Virus record (IMG/VR): IMGVR_UViG_3300025087_000048
Coordinates: 30,224 to 94,223 of that record
Reading direction: 5' to 3' (one strand)
Length of the DNA: 64,000 nt
Origin: a virus
The notes under the pieces are model-generated. The model was given only the letters and a program-made list of their open reading frames with translations, did no database searches and was not told the origin of the DNA. Both the position numbers and the translations under genes were made by a program. Below, piece by piece: positions 19,155 through 28,578 of this stretch; positions within the stretch are counted from its first letter, which is position 1, and each line of letters begins with the position of its first letter.

Positions 19155-19358
19155 CTAGACACGCCGTTGATAGACCCGTGCTGTCTTCCGATCTCGAGTC
19201 GGAGAGAATACACGAGCCGCGCGCTTCGGCCCCAATGACCGAGCATCTCCACAATCCCGATGACCTTCCATGTCCGTATAGTCACCAGACGAATCACGAA
19301 TCCCTTGTGCCTTCTCGGTCGATTCGCGCGCTGGCCCCATTGAAGACATCGCCTTCAT
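19155..19358 (-). CDS. small hypothetical protein
   Basis: ATGA-coupled start. Confidence 0.5.
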   Translation of the reverse strand: MKAMSSMGPARESTEKAQGIRDSSGDYTDMEGHRDCGDARSLGPKRAARVFSPTRDRKTARVYQRRV

Positions 19359-19513
19359 GACATTTTCCTTGAACCAGTAGGCAACTTTGGCGTCATCTTC
19401 TTTTTATTCGCCGTAGCGTAAAAATTACTTTTGCCCTTCTTCGACCCGTACCGAGCCACCATTGATCGCATGACTTTATCTCCTCGCCCCTTGAAGTACG
19501 CATTAACTGGAAT
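19355..19513 (-). CDS. small basic phage protein (M...YG.KKG...FYATANK type)
   Basis: Not in the ORF track. (I)PVNAYFKGRGDKVMRSMVARYGSKKGKSNFYATANKKK...; start is either ATT 19513 or ATG 19471. Confidence 0.6.
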   Translation of the reverse strand: MPVNAYFKGRGDKVMRSMVARYGSKKGKSNFYATANKKKMTPKLPTGSRKMS

Positions 19514-19535
19514 TGTTTTTCTCCATTAGACACAG

Positions 19536-19967
19536 TTACATCGCCCCTGGAACACTCGGCGGACGCAACTGCCGCACCATCTGATCCGGACTTGGCATCC
19601 CCGTCTGCCCTGGCATCCCCACAGGAACACCCTGTTGAGACAATTCATCATTGGAACGATGCGGTTTTGACACAAACTTGCCACTCTTTTCAAGAGCTTC
19701 CCTCAATCCCATCCCAGCAAAAAGAAGAACCGCAGCCGGATTCAACTGCTTCGTCTGCGGGTCCATCAGCAGAAGAGACACACGCTGAAATAAATCTAAA
19801 TCAGATCCACCGTCTGGACCACCTTGCATCAGTCCAGGAACTTGACTACCTGGAGGACCACCAGCTCCGGGCGCTCCACCCATCGGAGGACCTTGCATCA
19901 CTGGGGGCGTCGCCCCCCTATTCAAAAATCCAGGAACACTTGAAAATGGCGACGGAGCAAGCGGCAT
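19536..19967 (-). CDS. Pro/Gly-rich head-module protein
   Basis: SD GGAGG; downstream of the portal. Confidence 0.6.
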   Translation of the reverse strand: MPLAPSPFSSVPGFLNRGATPPVMQGPPMGGAPGAGGPPGSQVPGLMQGGPDGGSDLDLFQRVSLLLMDPQTKQLNPAAVLLFAGMGLREALEKSGKFVSKPHRSNDELSQQGVPVGMPGQTGMPSPDQMVRQLRPPSVPGAM

Positions 19968-20042
19968 ATTATCCTCCAACTAATCAATCACACACTTACA
20001 ACTCGTGGTCAATAGTTGCACCATAAGACCACCTATTTATTT

Positions 20043-21716
20043 TTAACGCCGCCCACTTTTTCCTTTCGGCGGAGGCGGTTGAGGCAACTTTGCTAGTTCT
20101 TCCAACCCCTCCTGAATCAGCTCATCCGGGTCTCCAAGATCTGCTTCGCCAAGAATTCGACGCACGCTTGGAGCCACCCCAGTCGCTGCTCGCAACTGAA
20201 GAGCTGCCATCACACGCTGAATGCGTGTACTCGCAAGAGAACTTCCAGGCGTCACCAAAAACTTAAAATCACGATACATCCGAGACCGCTCCTCCGCTGG
20301 ACGCGCATTCCCCTCGTCATCCTGAAGCAACTTTTGCCGTTCAAACGTATACGAAACCCACTCGTGACTTGGGCCTTGCTGAAAGAGAATACGATCTGAT
20401 GTATAATATTGAAAAATACGAGAAATAATCTTCTGCCCGACACGCCCCAACAACGATTCAAACCGACGAGCAACAGAACGAATCAGCACCTGACGAGAAC
20501 TCTGCAATCCCTCTAACCCGGCTCCAGGTCCTGATTCTCCACGAGACCCAGACGGGTCCATATTCCCGGTCAACAAATCGCACAACTGCATGAGAGATTG
20601 AATCGCCGTTGGAGTCCCAGGATCAGCAGGAATCGGAGCTTGATATTCAAACTGACGATTAGGCTTTTTCCGTACAATCAGTCCAGCATCATTGTCAAGT
20701 TTATCCCACTGATCTGGATCGAGTGCATCTGCATCGGCGATCACACGGAAGTTACTTCCAAGCAACAGATTTTTAATCCACGAATCTCCCATCCGATTGA
20801 TTGCTTCTTGAAGCCTCTTCAGATCTTGAACCTCACCAATTCCCCATGGATGATCAAAATCAACATCCCACTCAAACATATCAATAGGCCATTCGCCATC
20901 CCAGTTTTTATTTGCTTCATCCACAAGAATCAAATTACCAGCTCGTGTGACATGTCGCCCACCAGGAAACAGAAGATCACCCTCCGTGTTTATTTGTGGA
21001 TCATTAATCCAGTAATCCCGCAATTCTGCCCGTGGAATCGGCCCTGATTTTCTCGACGCTCCAGGGTGATACGGACGAGGCAACATTGCAAGTGCCGCCG
21101 AGATCAACGACGTTTTATTCTTCTCAACATAGGAACTCAATCGCTCGTCCGGTTGTACCAACGCACCACGCCCCGGAAATCGTTTTCTGATTTCAGCCAA
21201 CGATGTCGGTGTATCAATTCGAAGATATTGTGCATGTCGTAAATCCGCCCCAGAGGATACACCCGGGTCAATTTGAACACGACGAGGGTCAATAAACGAA
21301 AGAACAATATCATCCTGAATCGGATCGTACATTGTCGAAATAAACCCAGGACCGATCGTCATCGCAAATAAACACATTCGATAGAACACATCGTCCGTTT
21401 CATTCCGATCAAAAATAGCACGTGTTGCGTTGTACAGCACCGATGCCGCTTTTGTCAATTCTAGCTTCTGTGCGCTGATACGAATTTGCGGCTTCATCTC
21501 AGTCACCGCACTGATTTTTCGTTTCACTTGATTCTTGATAATATTAACCAAGAAGTATGGAGCCCGTTTAATCTTCCACTGATCCCCCTGCACCTGCCGA
21601 ATATTCTCCTCCCATGGGCGAGCGATCTCCCGCTTCGCAGACTCGGATTCGCTATCCAACGCATCCAGAAACCGAATCAGCGTCAGCTCTTCGCCCTTCG
21701 GAGGAAGACTTGCCAT
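20043..21716 (-). CDS. portal protein
   Basis: 557 aa between TerL and scaffold; GDQW, IDP.RV.IDP, GIGEV.DL..LQ..IN, FQYYT..RI (P22/podovirus-like portal motifs). Confidence 0.85.
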   Translation of the reverse strand: MASLPPKGEELTLIRFLDALDSESESAKREIARPWEENIRQVQGDQWKIKRAPYFLVNIIKNQVKRKISAVTEMKPQIRISAQKLELTKAASVLYNATRAIFDRNETDDVFYRMCLFAMTIGPGFISTMYDPIQDDIVLSFIDPRRVQIDPGVSSGADLRHAQYLRIDTPTSLAEIRKRFPGRGALVQPDERLSSYVEKNKTSLISAALAMLPRPYHPGASRKSGPIPRAELRDYWINDPQINTEGDLLFPGGRHVTRAGNLILVDEANKNWDGEWPIDMFEWDVDFDHPWGIGEVQDLKRLQEAINRMGDSWIKNLLLGSNFRVIADADALDPDQWDKLDNDAGLIVRKKPNRQFEYQAPIPADPGTPTAIQSLMQLCDLLTGNMDPSGSRGESGPGAGLEGLQSSRQVLIRSVARRFESLLGRVGQKIISRIFQYYTSDRILFQQGPSHEWVSYTFERQKLLQDDEGNARPAEERSRMYRDFKFLVTPGSSLASTRIQRVMAALQLRAATGVAPSVRRILGEADLGDPDELIQEGLEELAKLPQPPPPKGKSGRR

Positions 21717-22207
21717 TAGACCCCTTTCGCAGCACCAAGCCCAGTCGGGCAATCAGACGTATGTCCAAACGCCGCCAGCTTGTTAAAGTGGCACGGAGCA
21801 CAACAATACTTTGCCTGTGCGAATCGTGATCTAAACATCCCGCCACATGTCCCGCACGGACGTTCCTCATTCGGTTTCTTCCCCGCTTCCCATGCCGCCA
21901 GCAAAAACGGAGAAAAGAGCTCCGACCGATCGGACACAATCATGACATATCCAAGAAACATTTGCCATAATGGCACTTGCATAGCCTCTTTCGCTTCACG
22001 AATCAGCATCTGCGTGTCTTCTGGAAGATACGGAATAAGAATTTCAGCCGCCTTCTCAGGGTCATCCTCCATCACAAAAACAGAACCAGGCTCGTTAGGC
22101 AGAAAATCCATTTCCACATTCGGAGGAACATTCAATTCCAACGTAGGTGGTCCCTGTTCCACAGTTGCACCAGATCCAAATCGACGACCAATCTTCGGCA
22201 CTGCCAT
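21716..22207 (-). CDS. hypothetical protein with C-terminal Zn finger
   Basis: CGTCGG.F.......KYCC..C...H...C. Confidence 0.6.
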   Translation of the reverse strand: MAVPKIGRRFGSGATVEQGPPTLELNVPPNVEMDFLPNEPGSVFVMEDDPEKAAEILIPYLPEDTQMLIREAKEAMQVPLWQMFLGYVMIVSDRSELFSPFLLAAWEAGKKPNEERPCGTCGGMFRSRFAQAKYCCAPCHFNKLAAFGHTSDCPTGLGAAKGV

Positions 22208-22218
22208 ACATTCCCCTT

Positions 22219-25092
22219 TCATTCCCAAGGTTCATCTTCTCGCCCACCAACCATCCTACGGAATGTTCTATCACATTCCCAAGGTTCAGGCTCCCGCTTC
22301 TCTGCCCCACCAGATACGGTATCGCGTGACACTAACTTCTGAAGCCCATAATATTTCTCAAAACATTCATCATCTGATGTCAAAAGAGCAATCATCCACG
22401 CAATCGCTCGATCATCATGATGTCCAGCAACAGCCCCCCATTCGTTCGGACCCTTCTGCACGAACATTTCCAATTCACGCAGGAGTGATTCACTGGCGAT
22501 GTGGACCCGGCCATTCACCATCTCATGAGATGCAAACCCAACGAGCCACGGCTTCGATTTAGAATTCGTCTCCCAGCCCGTTTTTCGAGAATAGCGAGGC
22601 ACCACCTCATCCCTATACCTCCAGACGTAATTATTTGAATAGCCCATCTTACTTAGTTGTTGATTTGTCCCACCGCCAATCCCATTTGTTTCAACTGCAA
22701 TCTGTGCAGTGTTATAATATTTCCCTAACCAGTACAACACGTTTGCGAGTTCAAACGGATCAACAGCCCGTGATGTCCACTCAGCCACCTGCTTATTCGA
22801 TCCCCGCTGCAACACGCACGCGACCGACGAATCCAAATCCTCTTCCATCGAATCATCTCGACCTTGGCCCATCGCCACATCTATGCCAATGTCATATGCC
22901 TTCCCCTGTTCTGGCTCATCCCAGATCCACAGTTTACCTTGTGGCGCATCAAGAATCCGTGGACCCGAATGCACCTCAGCCATTCGCATCGGGGGACGCA
23001 CTCCATGCCGAAGCTCCCGCAACGATTTCGCAGGAAATACCTGTGCCCCAGGGGTCACCCACGCATCTTCAACCGTATTATGCGTAAGAATTCCATTGGT
23101 ATCATGAAGATGGTCAGGAGCAACACGAAAATCGTACACATCCACACACCCGGCCGATGTAACAGACTTTACTCGATCGCTTAACACATGACGTAAACGA
23201 ACCTTTCCAGAAGGATATGCACGACGCCCATTTTGTTTACGTGCCGAAACAAATCCGATCTTCTCGTGAAATAAAGTTGCTTCAGACGCCGATAAATAAA
23301 GCATCGTTTTATACCCAAGAGACCCATCAATATACGGACGGCTCTGTCTTTCTCGTCGCAACCGCCCCTTAATTCCAAACGCAAGCAATAATAATTGAAT
23401 ATCACGACAGAACTGCTCCCCCTTTGAACAAAAAACAACTTTCGCCTGACGATTTCCAGCGTAACCGTCACTTTCAAACAAAGCGGATAAAAATCTGCGA
23501 ACACAGGGCTGCGGACTCCGAAAGATAGCCTCCGGAACACGAACCACTCGATGCCACAAACCCTTCCCAGAATACTGTTCGGCGATTTCAAATTGAGATA
23601 ACAGGTGTATCCAATCGCGTGTAAACGATCGTACGCCAATAGCCCCCTGCAACCGATGTCGTCGTGTAATTGATGGTCGAGTACCCCGCGACGTTAAATA
23701 ACCAGATGCAACAATACCAACCACACGTTCTATATCTTCAACCACATCCATATCTCGACTATCAGAAGCAATCTCGACACAGTGCCCATCAAAACTTCCA
23801 TCTCCCAGATAATACCCAAGAAATGCAGATAATTCTTCTGTTACCAACACGCTACTCTGTACACCAGGAGAAGAAATCCAACGATGAACAAACATAGATT
23901 CAGACAAGCGAGGGGGTTCTAACGTAAGAACCATATCTTCCAACAGATCTTTTGCTTCAATAAACGCATCACCAACAACAAATGGATGATTGGGAGTACA
24001 TTGAACACGATACCCATCTTTAGTTTCCACAAGAACAGTCTCATGTACCCCTTGTGGCAACCACTCCTTTACTACACGAGACCCAGAAAGTTCTGAAACT
24101 CCTTGTGCTTGATCAATCCGAATCAAGCCAAGATTCGTTCCGACTCGAGTATCTCCGGACACACACAAAGGAAAACTTTGCCGAAACAGATCCCAATCGT
24201 TCCCCATTTCACCGAGCTTTTCCCGCATCCATTTGATATGTCCAGGATTCAACCCGAATTCCGCTACGATATGGCGCTCATTCGCTGAAAACTCGATGGA
24301 CTCACCCACGTTCAATGGCATACAATATTCAGGCTGAAGGAACCATGGGACAAAGGTAAATTCAAACGCGGTATCTCCACGCATGGATGCTTCACAAAAA
24401 TCTCGATACCACGTCCCTGCCATTTCAGCAGAAGACTCCATGATAATAATCGTCCCAGGAACCCGATGGACTGCCGGGATGACCCCGTCAAGCACAAACG
24501 CCGGATCAGGGAACCGGGCACATTCTGACAAATGAGCAACCTGCCAATTCGCACCTATAGCTATGTTTTTCTTGTGGGCAGACTCCACCACAATTCTCGA
24601 TCGTAACCCTGGATCATGTTTACGCGTTGCCTGGGAGGGATTGGCAAACACCAGTTCCCGTTTGGTAATATACCGACCCACTGGGCGAATATCATCATCC
24701 AGATGGTCATAAAATGTCCGTGAAATCTCGAAGAGCGTCCGTGCCCGTTCAGCTTGATCAGCCAGCACCAACGCGTTCACATGAGGCCAAAGCATTGTCC
24801 GCCATGCAACCAACGATTCGGCCAACGTGCTGGCCCCAACCTGGCGAGCTTTCAACCAAACACATCGCGCAAACCCTCGAGCTTCAAATTGGCGCTCAAT
24901 AGATTCAAGAAGTGGGATTTGGCACGGCCAGAAGTTAAACGGGTTATCCCCAATTCTTAACTGCTCCGATGCGAACGCCCGGAAATCCCGACGGTACCGG
25001 ACAATCTTCTGTGCCGATTGCTGTGCTTCGCCAAGCACGACCCCCGTATCAACCGTCCGAGTCAAGGTAACCGGTATCTCCGCTTCCGACAT
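22219..25092 (-). CDS. terL: terminase large subunit, intein-interrupted
   Basis: LKARQVGAST (Walker A), HLSECA (Walker B), MESSA, IGIDVA.G, VETNG.G, HDDRAIA nuclease motifs. Confidence 0.93.
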   Translation of the reverse strand: MSEAEIPVTLTRTVDTGVVLGEAQQSAQKIVRYRRDFRAFASEQLRIGDNPFNFWPCQIPLLESIERQFEARGFARCVWLKARQVGASTLAESLVAWRTMLWPHVNALVLADQAERARTLFEISRTFYDHLDDDIRPVGRYITKRELVFANPSQATRKHDPGLRSRIVVESAHKKNIAIGANWQVAHLSECARFPDPAFVLDGVIPAVHRVPGTIIIMESSAEMAGTWYRDFCEASMRGDTAFEFTFVPWFLQPEYCMPLNVGESIEFSANERHIVAEFGLNPGHIKWMREKLGEMGNDWDLFRQSFPLCVSGDTRVGTNLGLIRIDQAQGVSELSGSRVVKEWLPQGVHETVLVETKDGYRVQCTPNHPFVVGDAFIEAKDLLEDMVLTLEPPRLSESMFVHRWISSPGVQSSVLVTEELSAFLGYYLGDGSFDGHCVEIASDSRDMDVVEDIERVVGIVASGYLTSRGTRPSITRRHRLQGAIGVRSFTRDWIHLLSQFEIAEQYSGKGLWHRVVRVPEAIFRSPQPCVRRFLSALFESDGYAGNRQAKVVFCSKGEQFCRDIQLLLLAFGIKGRLRRERQSRPYIDGSLGYKTMLYLSASEATLFHEKIGFVSARKQNGRRAYPSGKVRLRHVLSDRVKSVTSAGCVDVYDFRVAPDHLHDTNGILTHNTVEDAWVTPGAQVFPAKSLRELRHGVRPPMRMAEVHSGPRILDAPQGKLWIWDEPEQGKAYDIGIDVAMGQGRDDSMEEDLDSSVACVLQRGSNKQVAEWTSRAVDPFELANVLYWLGKYYNTAQIAVETNGIGGGTNQQLSKMGYSNNYVWRYRDEVVPRYSRKTGWETNSKSKPWLVGFASHEMVNGRVHIASESLLRELEMFVQKGPNEWGAVAGHHDDRAIAWMIALLTSDDECFEKYYGLQKLVSRDTVSGGAEKREPEPWECDRTFRRMVGGREDEPWE
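23077..24165 (-). mobile_element. intein with LAGLIDADG endonuclease (363 aa) in TerL
   Basis: FPL|CVSGDTRV, CTPNHPF, LGYYLGDGS, FLSALFESDG, VYDFRV...THN|T. Confidence 0.95.
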
Positions 25093-25274
25093 TGCCCAGA
25101 ACAAAACCTTGTATATTGCCCTGTCGCATTCGCTGCAATATCATGTCCGCATACCTCACACACACGCCCGGACCCAGCGAATTTATACCCGCGCGGCACG
25201 TCCCTCCCAGGCACACGTTCAACCCGTTCACGTCCCGTCAAACCCAACTGCTGTCGTCTCCGCGCTTCACCCAT
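25062..25274 (-). CDS. small Zn-finger protein
   Basis: CEVCG...RFCSGQCR; SD GAGG. Confidence 0.6.
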   Translation of the reverse strand: MGEARRRQQLGLTGRERVERVPGRDVPRGYKFAGSGRVCEVCGHDIAANATGQYTRFCSGQCRKRRYRLP

Positions 25275-25488
25275 GTTCGACCTCTTCCTCGTCTTCTAAC
25301 CAACGCGGAGGCAAAACAACATGTGTCCCGCCTTCCTGCAACCGCGCTTCGGCCGTTGGTCCGAGCTGACGAAACACGGTTTCGAGACGATTCACACGAC
25401 GCTGCAATTTCACAAAGTTCACTACAGCAAATACAATAAGGTATACATACGATATTATAAAGAGAACCAGTAAAACGTTATTTCCCAT
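25267..25488 (-). CDS. small membrane protein
   Basis: N-terminal hydrophobic helix. Confidence 0.5.
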   Translation of the reverse strand: MGNNVLLVLFIISYVYLIVFAVVNFVKLQRRVNRLETVFRQLGPTAEARLQEGGTHVVLPPRWLEDEEEVEHG

Positions 25489-25687
25489 GTTCAAAGATCC
25501 TTTCCCATCCCGATCTAAATAGTTTTGAAGTAAAACGGATCTGCGAATAACTCTTCCACGTCCGTGACCCTACCTGAGCCTCCCGAGGTCGTACCTGTCC
25601 GTACTCTCGGACTTCACGAGCCACATCGTCCTTGTATTCCAAAGCCCGCCGTTCTAGCACACGATCTAAATGGGCAGACTTTGCCAT
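25478..25687 (-). CDS. hypothetical protein
   Basis: TGATG-coupled. Confidence 0.5.
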   Translation of the reverse strand: MAKSAHLDRVLERRALEYKDDVAREVREYGQVRPREAQVGSRTWKSYSQIRFTSKLFRSGWERIFEHGK

Positions 25688-25923
25688 CAGCCCTGCTCCT
25701 CGATCCCCGCCACCAATTTCAACACATCGGCCGTCGTCGGACGCCCCCCGCCACGCTTCCGTATCATGGTCTTTCCTTCTCCGAGGATATACTTGGCCAA
25801 CAATTCAGATACCTTGATTTGATCCTGGGGCTCCGACTTGTCTGACCCCATCATCGTCACCCAAAACTCAGTCAGCATCACACGAAGATCCTCTTTCGTG
25901 ACCTCCTGCTCCTCTGTCGTCAA
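25687..25923 (-). CDS. terminase small subunit-like protein (oligomerisation part only)
   Basis: EFW..MM......DQIKVSELLAK resembles the TerS 'D.IKA.ELLGK' motif; upstream of TerL. Confidence 0.5.
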   Translation of the reverse strand: MTTEEQEVTKEDLRVMLTEFWVTMMGSDKSEPQDQIKVSELLAKYILGEGKTMIRKRGGGRPTTADVLKLVAGIEEQG

Positions 25924-26372
25924 ACCGGGATCACCTCCACCCCCTGCTTCTGTTCCTTCTCACGTGTATCATCAAACTGTGCCTGACGCACTGCGGCGAT
26001 TACTTCAGAAAGAAGCACTTCCCAAATATCCTGATGCAAAAGAATCCCCTCCCCGGACGGCTTTCCAAACTTGTACTTCCTCAAATCGAAATAACACCCG
26101 CGAGACCATTGAATCTTTGAAAATCTATATTCTGTCTCCCGATGCTGAAAATATAAATTCGGATGCTTAATCCGACAAATGATCTCTTTACATCGCTCAA
26201 AGAATTCATAATCCATACGGCCTTTTGGCCACGTACCGCCAGCTGTTCGTTTCTTTGGGTACCGTTTGCCAGGGCTAAACTCAATCGGGGACATCGGCCG
26301 TAGCACACGAACCTTCGAATCCAATGCAAACGACCGACGAACCTCCGTCGGTCGCTTAATTTCAAACCCCAT
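25920..26372 (-). CDS. PC4/YdbC-like ssDNA-binding protein
   Basis: YFDLRKY...KPSGEGI.L....W..L. Confidence 0.6.
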   Translation of the reverse strand: MGFEIKRPTEVRRSFALDSKVRVLRPMSPIEFSPGKRYPKKRTAGGTWPKGRMDYEFFERCKEIICRIKHPNLYFQHRETEYRFSKIQWSRGCYFDLRKYKFGKPSGEGILLHQDIWEVLLSEVIAAVRQAQFDDTREKEQKQGVEVIPV

Positions 26373-26668
26373 TACTTCGACTCCACCTCAGTCCTGCACT
26401 CTTTCGGAGACCCACCCAATGCCAGACATGCTGCTTTTAACTCACGCTCGAGTCCAAGACCCCACTGCACCATCGTTTTTAGATCAGGCTCCCAGAGGTT
26501 CACACAGCGCCCACGTTGCCCGTTGACCACTTGGCAATCTATGACGTCAGGCTGGACGGTCAACGTCGGTCGTGGGGGAATCTGGGGCCTGTAGGGTGCC
26601 ATTGAGACGCTAGGTGCAGCACAGGCTGTCAACAGCATTATGCTAAAACACAGAACCACAAGTTTCAT
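26372..26668 (-). CDS. lipoprotein, o-spanin (Rz1)-like
   Basis: Signal peptide with lipobox LTAC, then a Pro-rich segment. Confidence 0.55.
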   Translation of the reverse strand: MKLVVLCFSIMLLTACAAPSVSMAPYRPQIPPRPTLTVQPDVIDCQVVNGQRGRCVNLWEPDLKTMVQWGLGLERELKAACLALGGSPKECRTEVESK

Positions 26669-26700
26669 ACATCCCCCTCCACAATACCAACAACAGCATA

Positions 26701-28578
26701 CTACAGTTCGACGGTCACATCAGGTTCCCATGTTGCCGATCCCCTCCCGTCTTTCCTTGGTCCGTATCTCCGATATTTCACAACCGGAACAATTTTAATC
26801 AATGGAGCCCCAAGACTCGCTGGGCTCAAGAGCCGTTGTTCCACATAATTTCCCATGGGAATCTGCCCCTGCTTCGCCCCCTCGACATATGATTTTGAAA
26901 ACCCGCCACATCCGACCATGTACACCTTCCGATGAACCAGATCAGGAGAACCGAACCCGTGCCACCGTGGCATAATCCGATTCACCGGAGCTGCCGCCTG
27001 TTTCGTCATATGTCCAAGAAGAAACACATCAGCATCCCAGTAGGGGAGAAGATTTTCAATCTTATTCAACGGTGCCGACATTTTCATCCCGCCTCCGCAC
27101 CCGTGATGGACAAAAAGAACAATAGAAAATCGAGATCCGTTACTGCGAAATACGAGACGAATATATGCACAGGTCCCTAAAAACTTCGCATCGAGCATCT
27201 GACATAATCGCATGTCGGTCGTATCACCCGTACGCAATTGCGCCCAATGATGCCCATGGCATAACCCAAGCCAACGACCCTTCGTTGGTTTCAAATAATC
27301 CTCATATAATTCATGCACAAGTTCAAGTGCCGCGTCATCCACCACATCTTCGGCCGAATTTCCAGTAAATGATGTTTGCCCTTCATAACAGCCCATCCAC
27401 GTACCTGTGTCAGTCACCGGACACCACACAGTCTCATGAGCCACAATCCTCTCAACAGATCGAGCCCACGCCTGCCCATGCACCCAACGCAATGCGCTTG
27501 ATCGTGTTCCAGTTCTCGTTATTCCATCAACGTCAATAGACCGGTGCCTAGTGGGCACTCCCAGAAGAGCACAAAGAGCATAAAACAAATCAAGACGAAG
27601 TGGGTCCTTCTGAGTAAACTGCCACCCCCCATGATCTGATCCTCGACCTTTAGAAAATTCCCGATGCCCCTCCGCGTGCAACATCGCATCCAGCATCGCC
27701 CGACGAGCCTCAACAGACAAACACATCGAAATTCGTGGGATATCACCCTCAACAGATGCCCCAGCTCGTGCGAATAACCCACGAATTTCAGGAGCAGAAA
27801 ATCCCCATCGAATCCACGTTCCCTTACCAGCCCCATATCCTGTCTGTTCATTCTCTGTTTCTGCAACTTTGAGCCAAGGCAACCGAGCAAGCAACCGACG
27901 AATATCCTCCACGTATTTTCTTTTCGTTTGAGATAAGTACGTAGTCCAGCACTCTGGAAATTTCACATGACCATCTGTTAATATCCACCCCAGCAACGCT
28001 GCTTCATCAGGAGATAGATCAGCATCTCCACTCTCATCGCACACCCCCGCAGTAACAATTCTATGTATTCCTTGACGAAGAGCGTATGTGGGCATCATAC
28101 TCTGGTGTCCATCAATATGCTGAACAACCCAGCGATGATTATCTGTAACTCGCCACGACCACCCTCTTGCTTTTACATTGACAACAGGAGCATGCTCCCA
28201 CGTCACAACTTTACGAAGAGGGGTCCACACAGCCTTCCGCGTTACCAAATCGTACCCCAGAATATCTTCACCTATGAGAAGTTGTGAATAAAATTTCCAC
28301 CCAAACTTAGTCAAAATTCTTGTATCAACAGATACACAATCGTACAATGCCGCCGCTTTGAATCGCTGTCTATTGCTCGGAGACATAAAATCTGTGTAAT
28401 CCCCAAGACCAACAAACCACGCACCCAACTTCATACACTTGTCAATATGACGTTTAAGAATATCCCCAGCAGTTGATCCACGCTTTCCTGACCACTGAAT
28501 ATCCCCGATAGGCGCAATCACGATCGGCTGATGATTTCGCCTTGAGGACCACGTAATATTATGAGTGGCCAGTTCCAC
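26701..28578 (-). CDS. calcineurin-like metallophosphoesterase, intein-interrupted
   Basis: GDIQW, GLGDYTD, GHH, HHG.GGG, GHM motifs flanking an intein. Confidence 0.85.
   Translation of the reverse strand: MELATHNITWSSRRNHQPIVIAPIGDIQWSGKRGSTAGDILKRHIDKCMKLGAWFVGLGDYTDFMSPSNRQRFKAAALYDCVSVDTRILTKFGWKFYSQLLIGEDILGYDLVTRKAVWTPLRKVVTWEHAPVVNVKARGWSWRVTDNHRWVVQHIDGHQSMMPTYALRQGIHRIVTAGVCDESGDADLSPDEAALLGWILTDGHVKFPECWTTYLSQTKRKYVEDIRRLLARLPWLKVAETENEQTGYGAGKGTWIRWGFSAPEIRGLFARAGASVEGDIPRISMCLSVEARRAMLDAMLHAEGHREFSKGRGSDHGGWQFTQKDPLRLDLFYALCALLGVPTRHRSIDVDGITRTGTRSSALRWVHGQAWARSVERIVAHETVWCPVTDTGTWMGCYEGQTSFTGNSAEDVVDDAALELVHELYEDYLKPTKGRWLGLCHGHHWAQLRTGDTTDMRLCQMLDAKFLGTCAYIRLVFRSNGSRFSIVLFVHHGCGGGMKMSAPLNKIENLLPYWDADVFLLGHMTKQAAAPVNRIMPRWHGFGSPDLVHRKVYMVGCGGFSKSYVEGAKQGQIPMGNYVEQRLLSPASLGAPLIKIVPVVKYRRYGPRKDGRGSATWEPDVTVEL
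27358..28338 (-). mobile_element. intein with LAGLIDADG endonuclease (327 aa), penultimate Gly
   Basis: LYD|CVSVDTRILT, TDNHRW, LLGWILTDG, AMLHAEG, VWCPVTDTGTW...TGN|S. Confidence 0.9.
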
